Below, piece after piece: positions 25,183 to 38,821 of a stretch of 64,000 nt of DNA. This DNA is from Octopus sinensis. Its lineage: Eukaryota. A program made the translations under genes and the position numbers. Location of the stretch: assembly GCF_006345805.1 (NCBI RefSeq), contig NC_043000.1, positions 152,024,001-152,088,000 of the forward strand, in the 5' to 3' direction. The notes beneath the pieces were generated by a model. It saw only the letters and a program-made list of their open reading frames with translations. It made no database searches and was not told the DNA's origin. How positions within the stretch are numbered: the first letter of the stretch is position 1; every line of letters begins with the position of its first letter.

Positions 25183-28100
25183 AATAGAAAAACGGTTTAA
25201 AAAGTAATAAATAAGAAGAATCACTTACACTGGCATTACCATTGGTTACACAGACTTTCCCAAGTATACCTGTTGCCATAACAACAAATCGCAAAGAGCA
25301 TTTTAAAAATCAATAAATATATTTGGTATTCACTGATTTATATTATGATAACAGAAATATTCAAAACTGCGAATTAACTTGTATTTTACTCTTTTTAAAT
25401 GTTTGTAATTCTAAATTGAAAATGTATTTGCCAGACAGTTGTCTCTTTTTTTATTGCCTCTTTGGGTTAGATTCTGGCTTCTTTATGTCAGTGTTTTGTT
25501 TTGTAATAAAGATTTTATTTGGTAGCAAGTTATTCTTTTACTACATTCTGTCAATTGGTTTCTGCTTCTATGAAATGTTTGTTACAATGGCTCTTTTCTA
25601 GTTGATAAGCTTATATAAATCTTGAGGTGTTCAATTTTTCATTGACAGCACTGCTTGCTAATATGTTTTAAAATACGGCACATTTAGTTAATTTTCTTTC
25701 AGAACTTTTTATTTTATCTATGTACCTAGACAATTATGTCTTCATGTTTCAATCTGAAAATCTTTTTACTTGTTAAAGCATAATCAGTAGAAATCCAGAA
25801 ATCTGCAGCACTGCAAAAACACTTCTCTAGTGCAAAATACAAAGATAATCTATGGTTTATAAAACTATAATTCAAATTTTAAAGTACTGTTATCTTTTAT
25901 CTTTTCCAATTTACATTTAAAAAAAAAAAAATTTTGGACTTATAACTGGAATAATTTCTTAAAATTATCAAGTAACAAGAAAAATCTTGCCTTCTTTTAA
26001 CCAGAACACTGTAGAATTCTTCTTTCACAGCTCTGGGATTAATCAGTTCAAAAAATGAAATTGAAATACCTACTTTAACATATTGCTGAATCTTATTCGA
26101 ATCTCTTCAGGCTGAACAAAGAACAGTTTTGGTCAGTATAAACAAATTGTTTCTGTTCTCACATTGGATTGTCTGGTACATTTTTTTTCCCATTGTATAT
26201 ATTTTTAGGATACTTCAGTTTGAGAAATCATTATTTTCCTTTCTTTTCATACAGTAGGCAATGAATAAAATGTCAGGATTGTAGAAGTTGATATAAATTG
26301 TTTTGGTAATAGCATAGCTGCCAAGATTTTGTTGTAAGAATTTAAGTCATGTTCTTTCTTTTCATTTTTACTTCCATCATTCATTTTCAAAGAAAGTAAT
26401 AGTCATATATCTGAGTTGTTTTCTTTTTATATCTTGGATTCTAAATTTAATCTTGTTATATATGTGTGGAGGCAAAGGCTTCAAAAATTAAATCAACTTA
26501 GGTTTCTTTGAGGTTTTGAATAAAATCATCTCTGTGTTTTTATTTATTTGAATTGGGTTTTTTAAGTTGTCAAAGAATTTTTTCCACACATTTTTCTCTT
26601 AAAATCTTTACACCTCTTTTCCTAAATTGGCATCAGTTTTGTTGCCTTTACAAACCAAAATATGTAAATAAATTTATTGCAGTAGGTATTTTTACAGCTA
26701 GTGACTATTCCTGTTTCCAAATAGTAATCATTATAGCATGAATATCATAATTATTTTTTAACAAGTTTGTCTGATCAGTTAATGTTTAGTATTAGGAAAC
26801 AACATACTGTATGTTACTGGATGTAATATACATTAATAATTCACTACCTTAACTTATCAGGCTGTTTATTTCTTTGTCTTTTCCCCAAAATACACAAAAT
26901 ATAATATATGCCAGAATACATACACAGTTGAATATTGATATATTTAAACTTTAGTTATTAACTTCTTTTTCTTACTTGGATTTTGTCGGGTTTATATATT
27001 TTTTATATATTAATGATATCATATATTAATGACTTTATATATAAAATGTTTTATATATTAATGATATTAAAAAATGATAAGTACTGATTTGAGATTTAAA
27101 AAAGCTACAGTTTTACTGGCAGGACATAGGCTACATATTTTTTGCTTGCTACACAACCCCATCTCTGATTATACATCAGTTTCTGCCAGTTTCCCTTTTA
27201 TAATTATACTTTATTCCCATCCATGGATCTTTTGCTCATTTCTATCTTAAATTATTGGTTACATTGTCTAATATACAAATATTGTTTTTTAATGCTTTAA
27301 TCATTTTCACAAGGAATGAAAATATTAAAAAAGTTTTTAATGTGCAATGAGATTTTTTAAACTGCTATCTTTTAACTTAAATTGTGAACTAATGCATGAA
27401 AAAATGCTGGCATGTCAAATCTACAAAGAAAAAAATTAGTTTATGAAAACATTGTAAATGATGCATGGTACCTCAGACAAGTGTCTTCTACTACAGGCCC
27501 TGGGCTCACCAATGCCTTGAGATGAATTTAGTTGACAGAAACTGTGTGGTGGCCTGTTGTATATTTATATATGTATATATATGTGCATCTGTTTGTGTTT
27601 ATCCTCCAACTACATGACAACTAGTATTGGTTTGTTTACATCCCTCTGACTTTGTGATTTGACAAAAGTGGCTAATAGAATAAATACCAGACTTTAAATG
27701 AAATAAAGTGCTGGAGTTAATTTGTTTATCTAAACCCTTCATGATTGTGCTCAAGCATGGCCGCAGTCCAGTGACTGAAACTAGTAAAGAGGTGACATCT
27801 GATAAGTGTTTCATAAGATTGAGCTGGTTCCTTTATCTCCTGCATATCAATTCTGATCCATTATTATTTACTTTTCATACTTCATGATTCATTATGACAA
27901 TCCATTCATATTACACTAACTGCACAATGATTTCTAAGCATTATCTCACTGGACAAATAGATTTCTCATATCCTGCATAAATAGATTGTTAAATTAATCC
28001 CAATATACATTTTCTTTAATTAATAAAATAAATTTAAATTAATATTCACAGTTATTTTTGATTTCTTTAATCACAATGAATTGCTGGATAAAAATTTGTT

Positions 28101-28329
28101 TCTAATCAGTTTGTACAAAACCACTTATTGATTGTATAAATTACACTTCTGCCTTATGTGTTCATCATCATCATCATTTATATATCAGCATCCTCATTAT
28201 CATTTTTCCATCCATTTTTCCATGCATACAAGTTATGATGACAGAGAAAGAAAACTTCACATGTGGTAAATACCCAAGAGCACCCATGTAATAAATTCTT
28301 TTTAATCCTCAGAAGGTTCTATAGAATTA

Positions 28330-29600
28330 GCTCATAGATTTTTTTTACTTAGGTTGCCTAATTAGCAGTGTTCCAAAAACAAACCTTTATTGAACAGCAA
28401 GGTTTTTCTGATATGCATGCCAAAGAGATTTGGCCTGGGTTAGACAGACACAGAAGGCTTCTTCAACATGGCAATGAGAGCATTTGTCAGCATAGATATC
28501 TGTGAGTATGTAAGTCTCTTTATACTAAACATGCTTGGTAGGAAATGTCCATCAAGCCATTTTAGCCTATATAGACATGATCCTTTAGCTATCATTAGAG
28601 ATGTAAACAGGCACACCCTGGAGAGGCTCAGGAAACATGATTCACACTCTTAACTCACTATGGAGATCAACCTAACCATAGTTAGTTTCTTAAACACAAT
28701 GCTCAGGATCAGTATAAGTTCATGCAGGCCCTATTGCAAATCAAACAAAAGGCTACTTTACTCAACACAGCCTCCTGTCACCTGCATATGGTGTTTAAAA
28801 ACCTTGTAAAGGGTGTAAGTAGGAAGATTTCAAGCTTATTCTCAAATAAAGCTGTCTTAAGAACACACTGACTCCCTATTATAATGAGGCTCTAGCAGCC
28901 ACACCATTTCTATGCCCAGCCCAAAAATCCACAAGAGAAAGTGCAGCTGAAAAGTTATCTGGTTTGTACCCCACTTCTTACACAGTGTGAAGATCTGTGA
29001 AAGAAGAGCCTTTCTTAGTTTAGTGGATTTGCATTTTACACAAGATAATAGGTACAGAAAGTATTCAGTAAGCATAGCTTCATAAATTCAATAGGCACAA
29101 CTTTCATTTAGCTGTGCACCTAGTATCAAAAAATATTAGTGAGTACCCCAAAACCCTGAGCAAAGATAGGAGGTTCATATAAGGTTTATAGTGAATGGTT
29201 AGTACAACAGAGAAGCTCTGGTCTATGAAGCAGTGGTGGTGTTGTCCACTAAAAACAAAGTGACACATATACAGAAGTATATTAAGGCGAAGGTGAGATT
29301 CTTTAAGGCCAGGTTGAATAATCAGAAATCCTCTTTTAGGATTCAAGTGAGACGCAATGTTTCAGTGTTAGCCAGTTATATATGGTGATTAAAAGAGGAA
29401 GCAACACCATACAAAATCAACTGGAAGTTGCTGAAATGACTTGGGCTGTATGGGAATGGCAGTAGATATTGCAGGACCTGCATAGCAGAAAAGAGAATTA
29501 TTCGAAAAGAATTCACATGATCCGAGTGCTTTCTCAAACTTGTGTGAAATATTCAGATGCTACTCTCATGAGCAGAAATTCGTTTTGACAATGTGGTCAT
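28330..29600 (+). mobile_element. Penelope-like retroelement relic (RT plus GIY-YIG endonuclease)
   Basis: FFNMAMRAFVSIDICEYVSLFIL...LYRHDPLAII resembles PLE RT ([22 protein letters not shown]...LYRDDGLA). Also EINLTIVSFLNT, RPYCKSN, and downstream NGSRYCRTCIAEKRII typical of the PLE GIY-YIG C-terminus. Many stops and frameshifts. Confidence 0.8.
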
Positions 29601-29787
29601 GTCCATTTTAGGACTAGAGAACAACAAGTGCATACACGCACACAACTTACTCTCTTCACCCATGGCTAAACTCAATCCATGAGAAATCACTCGTCCTTGT
29701 CCATGCTCTATGCTGGCATGGGTAAGATGGCTTAACAGGATATGACAGGTCCAGAGACTACACCATGCTCCAGTGTCTGCTTTGAGT

Positions 29788-30089
29788 GGAGGCACATGGC
29801 CTAGTGGTTAGAGCAGCAGACTTGTGGTCGAGGGATCGCGGGTTCGAATCTCGGACTGGGCGATGTGTGTGTTTATGAACGAAACACCTAAGCTCCATGC
29901 GGCTCCGGCAGAAGGTAATGGCGAACTTCTGCTGACTCTTTCGCCACAACTTTCTCTCACTCTTTCCTCCTGCATCTTGCAGCTCACCTGTGACGGACCC
30001 GCGTCCCATCAAGGTGGGGAACCTATACGCCAAGGAAACTGGGAAACCGGCCCTATGAGCTAGGTATGGCTCGAGAAGGAACAAACAAA
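29788..30089 (+). mobile_element. tRNA(Arg)-derived SINE (family 1 head, third tail type)
   Basis: ggcacatggcctagtggttagagc...ggttcgaatctc head, shared ccacaactttctctcactct core, and an (AAAC)n end. Confidence 0.82.
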
Positions 30090-31800
30090 GGGTCTGCTTT
30101 GGTATGGGTTCTAGGGCTGGATACCTTTCCCAGTGCATGGAGTGAGTGTTAGGGAAACTTACATGACTAAAATCTTCTTTGACTGAGTGGGGCTGCAGTA
30201 CAGAGAGAGGCAGCTTTGTGCCAGGAGATAAGGGATTAAAGTATGAGAGAAGGGGCCAAATCACAACAGTTTTGTTGATGTAGAGGAGCTACACAGCCAT
30301 TTGCATCATAAAAGAGGGGTAGAAATGATTGTGATAGAGCTGAAGAGATTAAATAGTGGTGATGAAGTATCAGGCCAGATGCCTCAAAATACAAGGTGAA
30401 TACGAGTGGGGATGGGAAAACAGAAAATGTAGGTGGGTAGAGGTTGAAAGTGTATGAGAAAGTGAGCAATGATTAGAAACTGGGGAATGGTAGGGAATGT
30501 ACTGATGAATAGGTGTTGAGGGATGATTAGGTAAAGGGAAGAATAAGTAACAACTATAGAAATTGGATAGGATTTAGGAGAGGATGTAGTGAATGGTGAA
30601 ATATATATATATATATCTCACATTATGGTTCTTGAATCCCTGTTACTGAGATAGGTGAGTTTTCTTGCGATCAACCTCCAGTACTCATGTCTTCCTGGGT
30701 TTTCCTCAAGCAAGACACGGGACAAAGTGCTGAAGGCACACATACATGCACATGCTCAGACACTTTTAATAATATACCTTCATTCATTTTCATTGTTCAA
30801 ATCCATATCACTTTTTAATCAAGAATTTATCTTGTATGGTATTTTCTATACCTTTATGAATCTTTGTTGTCCATCCAAACTTATGCCACTGGCCACTCAG
30901 TTATATTTGATTTTTGTTTTATACACACACAGAGTTATATTTTGGTGATTAGATACTGTTTTACACAACTCAGTTTTAAATATAGATCCTCAGATATCAT
31001 CAGTTACATAATATTTCTACTTTTGTTATCACAAATCTTTGTGCTATTTATGATAAATTTAGACTGTTGTTTTTAATCAATAATGTATATATTTTTAACA
31101 TCATGAAGGATGGCTAACATTTAAAATGGCGGTGCCCAGCATGGCCACAGCTTGTGAGCTGAAACTAGATAAAAAAAAAAAAAAGCTGTTTGCCCCAGCA
31201 TGACCACACCTCGTGAGCTGAAACTAGATAAAATAGAAAAAAAAAGAAGCTGTTTGCTTTATTCACTTTTATTTTTAGTAGTACAGTTTGTTTTGTCAAA
31301 AGGTTCTTTTGTACTTTGTAAACTGATCACTGACCCATTCCACTACTTTCATTTAAGAAAAAGTTATTGATAAGCTTTTATATGCTTCTGGGGTTCTGCT
31401 CTCTTTTTTCCCCCCTCTCTCTCTCCCCTTATTCTTTTGTGTTCCTAATTACCTTCAACATTATTCATGCCAAAATAGCCATCTATGTATCATACTTAAT
31501 GTTTACACACATTTGATAGGCCAGTTACTGCAGTATTTGTTCAGAGATAACATCTCTTGTGAACTTTAAAAAACATGACAAATATCAGAGAGAGAGATGA
31601 AAATTTGTCCCAACAAAAGCACCAGATGCATTTCAACCTTATTGAGTCTCTTCAGTGGTGTATACCCACAGCCAGCAACACAAGTGAACAAGAATTTGTC
31701 ATCTCTGATGATGGAAGAAATGAATAAAAGATTCACTGATGTTGCAAATAGCTACCCAACTGATTAAAAATCCAGTATATGCAATTGAAGCATTATTCGA

Positions 31801-32019
31801 TTAACCCTTTTGTTACCGTATTTATTTTGAGATGCTCTGTGTTTCTTTTAATTGATTTTAAATATAACAAAGAATTTAATAAAATAACTTAGTTATCATT
31901 AAACTAGTGTTAGGAACATATATTACGACTAAGTTTTGGTGGAAGATTTGAATTCAGAACTTTTGAAAAAAAGACATTTGTACTACAGAGCCAGAGCCGG
32001 TTGGTATCAAAAGGGTTAA
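31801..32019 (+). mobile_element. piggyBac-type MITE, family A
   Basis: TTAA-CCCTTTTGTTACC...GGTATCAAAAGGG-TTAA. Confidence 0.82.
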
Positions 32020-32545
32020 AATAGCCAGCTATGTATCATACTTTTTGTATACTTACTGTTGATACGCTCACCAAGAAGAGTTGTCATCTTGGGACAAATA
32101 CTGCTGTAACTGGCCTGTTGACAATTTGTTAAATACTGCCTCAGTTGGTCAGTTTAATACATACAGTAATGCCTAGATATACGAGTTAGTTCATTCCTGA
32201 ACTGTATTCTATTTTTTTGTTTTCTTTTTTTTTTCACCTCTGTACCTGTAAGGCTGTTGTATTGTTACTGTTTGAACTTTCAACTCTTGAGTATTCAGTC
32301 AGTTTCAAATTCAGTTTTCTCTCTCTCATTGTATTGCATAATCATCTATTTACTTATTGTCATTATTCTTTTTTTTGCTTTTTTCATACACAATACTTGA
32401 TAGTGTTTTTTTCGTTTTTTTTCTGTTACCTCATGGATGCTGGCTTTCAAAGTTTGGAAGCATTGCTTGCTAAGTATAAATAAGTTGTTTTTAAGTATAC
32501 ATAAGTATGCTAATTTTTCTGCTTATAATTGAGGTTTTTAACAAT

Positions 32546-32735
32546 AGTTAGTTAGTTAATTTTTTTGGCTCAAAAAGCAAAAAGCAAGGCCATGTAGGGG
32601 GACATGGAGTTATGTACAGGGTGGTGTTCATGTAAAGAGTTCAGACCACTTGTGGTCAAGGGAGACTTTGAACAAAGCGGTCGTCGGCATCTTCACCATC
32701 TCATCTGGCAGCTTGTTCCACGGATCCGCAACCCG
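32546..32735 (-). mobile_element. CR1-like LINE 3' end (different family)
   Basis: Minus strand reads RVADPWNKLPDEMVKMPTTALFKVSLDHKWSELFT*, followed by a short UTR and a (CTAA)n tail. Confidence 0.75.
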
Positions 32736-33824
32736 TTGATCCGCAATCCTAAGTTGATGTGTTTAACCATTAATGCAAACAATAAAAATAATCTTGATAA
32801 AATAAGAAATAGTACAATAAAATAAAATTACACATATTGATCTGTATTTGTATACATGTACACATGCATCTACACACACACACACACACACACACATATG
32901 CCATGTTAAAGGCACCCAACACACACTCTAAAGTGGTTGGTGTTAGGAAGGGCATCTAGTAATACAAAGCAAGCCAAATCAGACTGGAACCTGGTGTAGC
33001 TCTCCAGCTTGCCAGCTCTGGTCAAACTATCCAGTCCATGATAGCATGGGAAACAGATGTTAAAGGCTGATGATGATGATGATGATGATGTATATACATT
33101 TATATATATAGATGCAGGCATGATTGTATGGTTAAGAATTTTGTTTCCCAACCACATTGTTTCAGTTCAATTACTCTGCACCATGGCCTAGTGTCTTCTA
33201 TTATACCCTTGAATCTATCAAAGCCTTGTAAATGAATTTGGTAGATGGAAACTAAAAGAAACCTCTGTGTGTGTGTGTTTAGATCTGTGCTACTCCAAAA
33301 GTCACTGAGCTTTGGGTAGTAATGTTATCATTTCCTCAGTCAACAAATCATTCACTGGCTTTGTTCCTTTGAAGATGCATAGATTAAGAAATCCTTTATT
33401 TGAAAAGCAATTAAGGGCGTTCCACTGTGATATATTTATCTAAGGTGTTCCGTTGTGATATTTATCTAACCCACACTACCATGGGAGAGAAAAAAACAAC
33501 TATGTAGATCTTTACAAATGAATGAATACACATATGAATACATATATCATACCTATGATATCCTCAAAGAATTGAATCTAAAACTGGCTAAATACTCTTA
33601 TGTCCAAAGTTCAACAACAGTGTAGTAAACCTACTGGTCCAAATGAACAAGAAAACCCCAAAAGCCCACTTAAAACGTGTATATATATATATAATCATTA
33701 CAGATATAGGGTAAAGAATTATTTATTAATTATTAATTGTCTGTGGAGTCATATTTGTAGTTAAAAGAATTAGCTGTCTTTTGGCTGCTATTTCTAAATT
33801 TTTGGTATGTGGTGAAGCAACTTT

Positions 33825-33980
<156 letters not shown>

Positions 33981-34229
33981 CAAACTGAGATATTTAGAGT
34001 TGGAATTCAGAACAGAAACAAACAACTGAAAACAAAATGGGAGAGAGAGAGAAAAAGAAAAAAAAAATGAGGAAAAAATATTATTTTCTAAGTATTCTAA
34101 AACAGTTTATTGTTTTCAAAGTTTGCTGCAAAAATACAAAAATATTCAAAATAAATTTTTCCATTTTGCAAATTCACTGAAAATGTTGGAAATTTTATTT
34201 ATTTATTTATTTATTTATTTATTTTTCAG

Positions 34230-35004
34230 ATCTTCATATGCCTCACCTGAATGCATTTCTGTTCTGAGTCATTCAAGTCAACATCATAACAGTGACATTA
34301 GTAATCAATCTTCTTTAACGGTACCCCTGTATAAAAGTCAAAAGAAAGAAGATTCTCAGAGTTTGGTTCCTTTGGCTGGCTCATTCTCATCTGAAGCAAG
34401 TATGAAAATGATTGATAATCAGTGTGTGGCAGGCCCAACAGATGGCTCCCCAACCATGGATAGTGACAGTGAACCTCCTAGTAGTGCTGCAAGTGAAATG
34501 ACTCGCCAACACCAATTAATGATGTTCAGATCTCCTAAAGAAAAATCTGATAAGAATAAAACTGGCAATACAAACATTACAGTGTCACCACCTGGCATCA
34601 AAGCCAAAGTTGAAGCAAATAATTCTAATGACACAGCTAAACCCGATTTAGTTGCTTTTTGTGATCCTGCTGATAATGGTAATGCAATTGCTTCTACTTT
34701 GTCTGCTAATGATACCACAGACAGTCTCAATAATGACTGTACTCCCAAAAATGAAGAAATACCGTTGGAAAAGGAATCAGAAAATACCTCTGCACCATGT
34801 CCGCAGAGAGTTCTACCAAATCTCTCAGATGATGTGGAAAAGAATAGTGAACATTTAGAATCTAATGCTGGCCATTCAGATTCTGAAAGCTCCAGTTGGT
34901 CAGACGTTGGTCTGGTCCAAGATTCCGCTGATTCTGATTCAAATGGTGTTCACAACATAAAAAAAGATTCTTCAAAGAAAACACCTGTCAACAGGGCTTT
35001 CTAA
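34230..35004 (+). CDS. RUNDC3B: RUNDC3-family terminal coding exon (Ser/Asp/Asn-rich, probably disordered tail, about 257 aa)
   Basis: Longest non-repeat ORF in the window. Acceptor (ttta)n-tttttcag at 34229. CC|A completes Pro in frame with the 19167 donor. Ends at TAA 35002-35004. Confidence 0.75.
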
Positions 35005-35274
35005 GCTTTCAACTAAAAAGATATATGTCTCAGAAGTATTTGAAAGAACAAAGTGATTTAGAAATCTTTCTTAAATATGCTGCTAATAACTGTTTAAGTA
35101 TAAACTGTAACATTCCTCTAAGTATTTTTTTTCTTAGCTGTACCAGAAGGATTTTTTTAAAATATCTATTTGAGTTAGTAAAACTGTTATTAGTATCTTC
35201 AGGTTAAAAGATATTGATATGTTTGTAACATAAATATAAATTCAAATTATATAACTTTTGAAAACAATAATTCT

Positions 35275-35276
<2 letters not shown>

Positions 35277-35317
<41 letters not shown>

Positions 35318-35680
35318 TCCTTGTGTATGTATGTGTGTGTATATGTATATATATGTGTATGTATATATATATATGTGCGTATGTATGTATATACGTATGT
35401 ATATATGTATGTATGTATATACGTATGTATATATGTATGTATGTATATATGTATGTATATATGTATATATGTATGTATATATGCATGTATGTATGTATAT
35501 GTATATATATATGTATGCATATATGTATATATATATATGTATATATACATATGTATTTAAATGTGTATACATATATATGTGTGTATATATATGTGTATAT
35601 ATATATATGTGTGTATATATATGAATATATATGTGTATGTATATGTATATATATATATATGTATGTATATATGTATTATA
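35277..35680. repeat. Compound TA/TG/TATG microsatellite
   Basis: Seen directly. Lies about 270 bp after the RUNDC3 stop codon. Confidence 0.95.
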
Positions 35681-36616
35681 CTTGTTCCACGTCCTCACGT
35701 TGTTTTCTCTTTGTGCTTTCATATTTGGATTAACTATATATATATATATATGTAAGTAATTCTAATACATCTGTTTGTTGTTTAGACAAGTCTTCGTCTT
35801 GTTTTTCTGTAAATTCTCACTATGTATATAAGTATATAGATGTATGTATATTTATATATATATGTATATATATATATATTTGTATGCATATATATATACA
35901 TATACACTTTCATCTATTACAAGTAAAGATTCACTTGATCACTACTCTCTTTTTGTGATTTCATAGACAATTTGTGAAAGTGATTGCTATAGGATTTGAA
36001 TTATTAAAAGGCCCAAAAGTTATATACACACAACCCACACCGTATTGGTGTTCCAGTAACCATGTATATATGTATATAGTGTGTAGACAATTAGATGCCA
36101 TTATTTTGTCTTTAGTTTATGAGATTATCTTTCAGATGATTATATTTATTTATTATTGGTTGTTTCTATTTTTGTATTAACTATAATGCCTTCAATCAAT
36201 TCATTCCAAAAAATGTTCATATTTTAAAGAATAAGTCATTTTGCCTTAAATTAGTTTACTCTGTTTGACTGCAACTTTATAACTACTTATATATTTTTTT
36301 TTAATTTCACCTCATTTTCATTCACAGTTTAAAGTCTAAATCTTGGAAAAAATGTATTTCTGTATATGTATATGTGTAATAGCAAACAATGTAGTCTTAG
36401 ATATACAAAATGACAGTATTGTATTATAGCTTGTGTAGCTTTGAGCACAGGTCTGCTCAACTGGAACTAAGCAACAACATATATCTATATTTCAGGTTGT
36501 TGACAAAAAACCCGTTTGTCATAGCTTAACAATAATAGTTAAATATTTATATTTCTGAAGTGAAATGTTTATGACGATTGTTTTAAGTGTTGTTTAGTTC
36601 ATTGAAAATCCTTCTG

Positions 36617-36828
36617 GATATATATATATATATATACACACACACACGCATGCACATATATATATGTATGTATATATATATATATATATATAATATATAT
36701 ATATATATACATACACACACACACACATGCACGTATATATATGTATATATATATATATAGATAGATAAATACATACATACATACATGCATAAATATATAT
36801 GTATACATACACACATGTATGTATGTAC

Positions 36829-36863
<35 letters not shown>

Positions 36864-36929
36864 GATAAATAGATATATACATACATGCATAAATATATAT
36901 GTATATGTATACATACACACATGCATGTA

Positions 36930-36989
<60 letters not shown>

Positions 36990-37010
36990 TATGTGCATTA
37001 TATATATATA
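36617..37010. repeat. Compound TA/CA microsatellite
   Basis: Seen directly. Abuts the mariner element. Confidence 0.95.
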
Positions 37011-38543
37011 CACAGGGTTATTAAAAAAAATGAACCTATTTCAATACGCAGTATGTTAATAAGGGAAAGCAATATAAAACTCCAGCTGAGTCACAAGTAT
37101 TTTACTCACAATCAACTTTTATTTCCTGTCTTACAAGTGTTCCATGTGACCACCACCTGCAGCACGGGCAACATGAACGTGATAAGAGAATTCCTCTCTG
37201 GGAATACTTCTCATGGTCGTCCTGGACTTTTTTCCTTTACACAGCATTGAGTTGATCACTGTTGTTATTCGATGTTTAAGGTCATTGTAGGTCAGTGCAT
37301 AGTGGTGGAACATAAATGCAATCTTTTACATATCCCTACAAGAAAAAAAATCACACAGAGTGAGGTATGGGGATCTCACAGGCCAAGCACAAAGAGCAAG
37401 GTCTTGGGTGTGTTTCCAACCAATCCATCGCTGGGGCATGTTTTCATCTAAAAAGGCTCAAACCAGCAGGTGCCAATGGGGCGGTGCTCCATCTTGTTGT
37501 AAAATGAAATCATACGAATCTGCTTGCAATGAAGGGAAGAGCCAGTGTTGGAGCCTATCAAGGTATCAAGATGTCGTGTAACAGTGTTTCCTTCGAGGAA
37601 AAAGGGACCATAAACCTTGTGCTGAGACACAGCACAGAAGACATTCCTCTTAGGGGAATCCCTTTCATGCTCAACTGTTTCATGTCGGTGCTCTGTTCCC
37701 CAAATATGCACATGATGATGATTGGCTGTGCTGCTCAAGTCACTTCATCACTAAAAATTACCTGTGAAATGAAGGTTTTGTCTTCCAGCATCGATTCGCA
37801 AAATTCCATCTGCTTCTTCTTGTTGTCATTGGTAAGTGCCTGAACAAGGTGTAGTCTGTATGGTTTCAAATGTAGACATCCTCTTAGCACACACCAGATA
37901 GTGGATTGAGGGATCGCAAGCTCACAGTTAGCTCGATTTGTGCACTTCTGAGGGCTCCCCTCATATGCATTCTTACCACTTGTTTCTCCGAAACTCATGG
38001 ACTTCTCCCTTTACACAGACACCCATCTCTTTTCAAACTGTTGAAACCACCATTGAATGTTCTTAAGAGGGAGTGGATTAATGTCGAACTGCATTCGAAA
38101 ACCACGCGGAACCGTGACAACCGAATTTGTTTTCGCAAACTCTATAACACAGAATGCCTTTTGCTAAGGACTCACCATTCTGAGTGCAAACAAACAACTA
38201 AAAGTTGCCGGAAGAATGACACGACTACAGTGCCCCTGTGGCAGCCATTTAAAACTTAGATAACTCCACCGCAACCCACTAACCTCGATGGCCTTAAATA
38301 TCGAATAACAACAGTAATCAACTCAGTGGATCGTGATATGCTGATACACGCGGCTGGGAGGAATTCTCTTATTGCGTTGATGTTACCTGTGCTGCAGGTG
38401 GTGGCCACATTGAACATTTGGAAGACGGGAGATAAAACTTGATTGTGAGTAAATACTTGGGACTCAGCTGGAGTTTTATATTGCATTTCCATATTAAAAT
38501 ATTGCGTGATGAAACCGGTTCGTTCTTTTTGAATTGCCCTGTG
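37011..38543 (-). mobile_element. Tc1/mariner DNA transposon (DUF4817-type transposase) with long inverted ends, inserted in a TA tract
   Basis: Ends CACAGGG... and ...CCCTGTG flanked by TA. Internal decayed transposase. Confidence 0.88.
37131..38178 (-). pseudogene. Tc1/mariner transposase pseudogene
   Basis: MVSP*QKAFCVIEFAKTNSVVTV N-terminus, HLKPYRLHLVQAL, IFSDE, HIWGTE..HE.VEHERDSPK.NVFCA, GPFFLEGNTVT, and C-terminal AAGGGHMEHL*. Frameshifted. Confidence 0.88.
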
Positions 38544-38821
38544 TATATATGTATATATATACATAAAGCCTTTGTGACCACATATACATACACATGCTTA
38601 TCGATATGTAATTACTTCCAAGGAATTTATTTTCATATATATATGAAATGAATAACGGTATGAATTGCCCTTAAATGTTAGGAAAATATCAGTGAACTAC
38701 TATTTCTGTTCAATTATTTTCCTCAGAACTAATATTAATATTTCACTTGAATTATTAATAATATTAACATATCAAGTTACTCGAAGTTCCCAACTGTGGT
38801 TCATTGATTTAAGCTTAGTTA

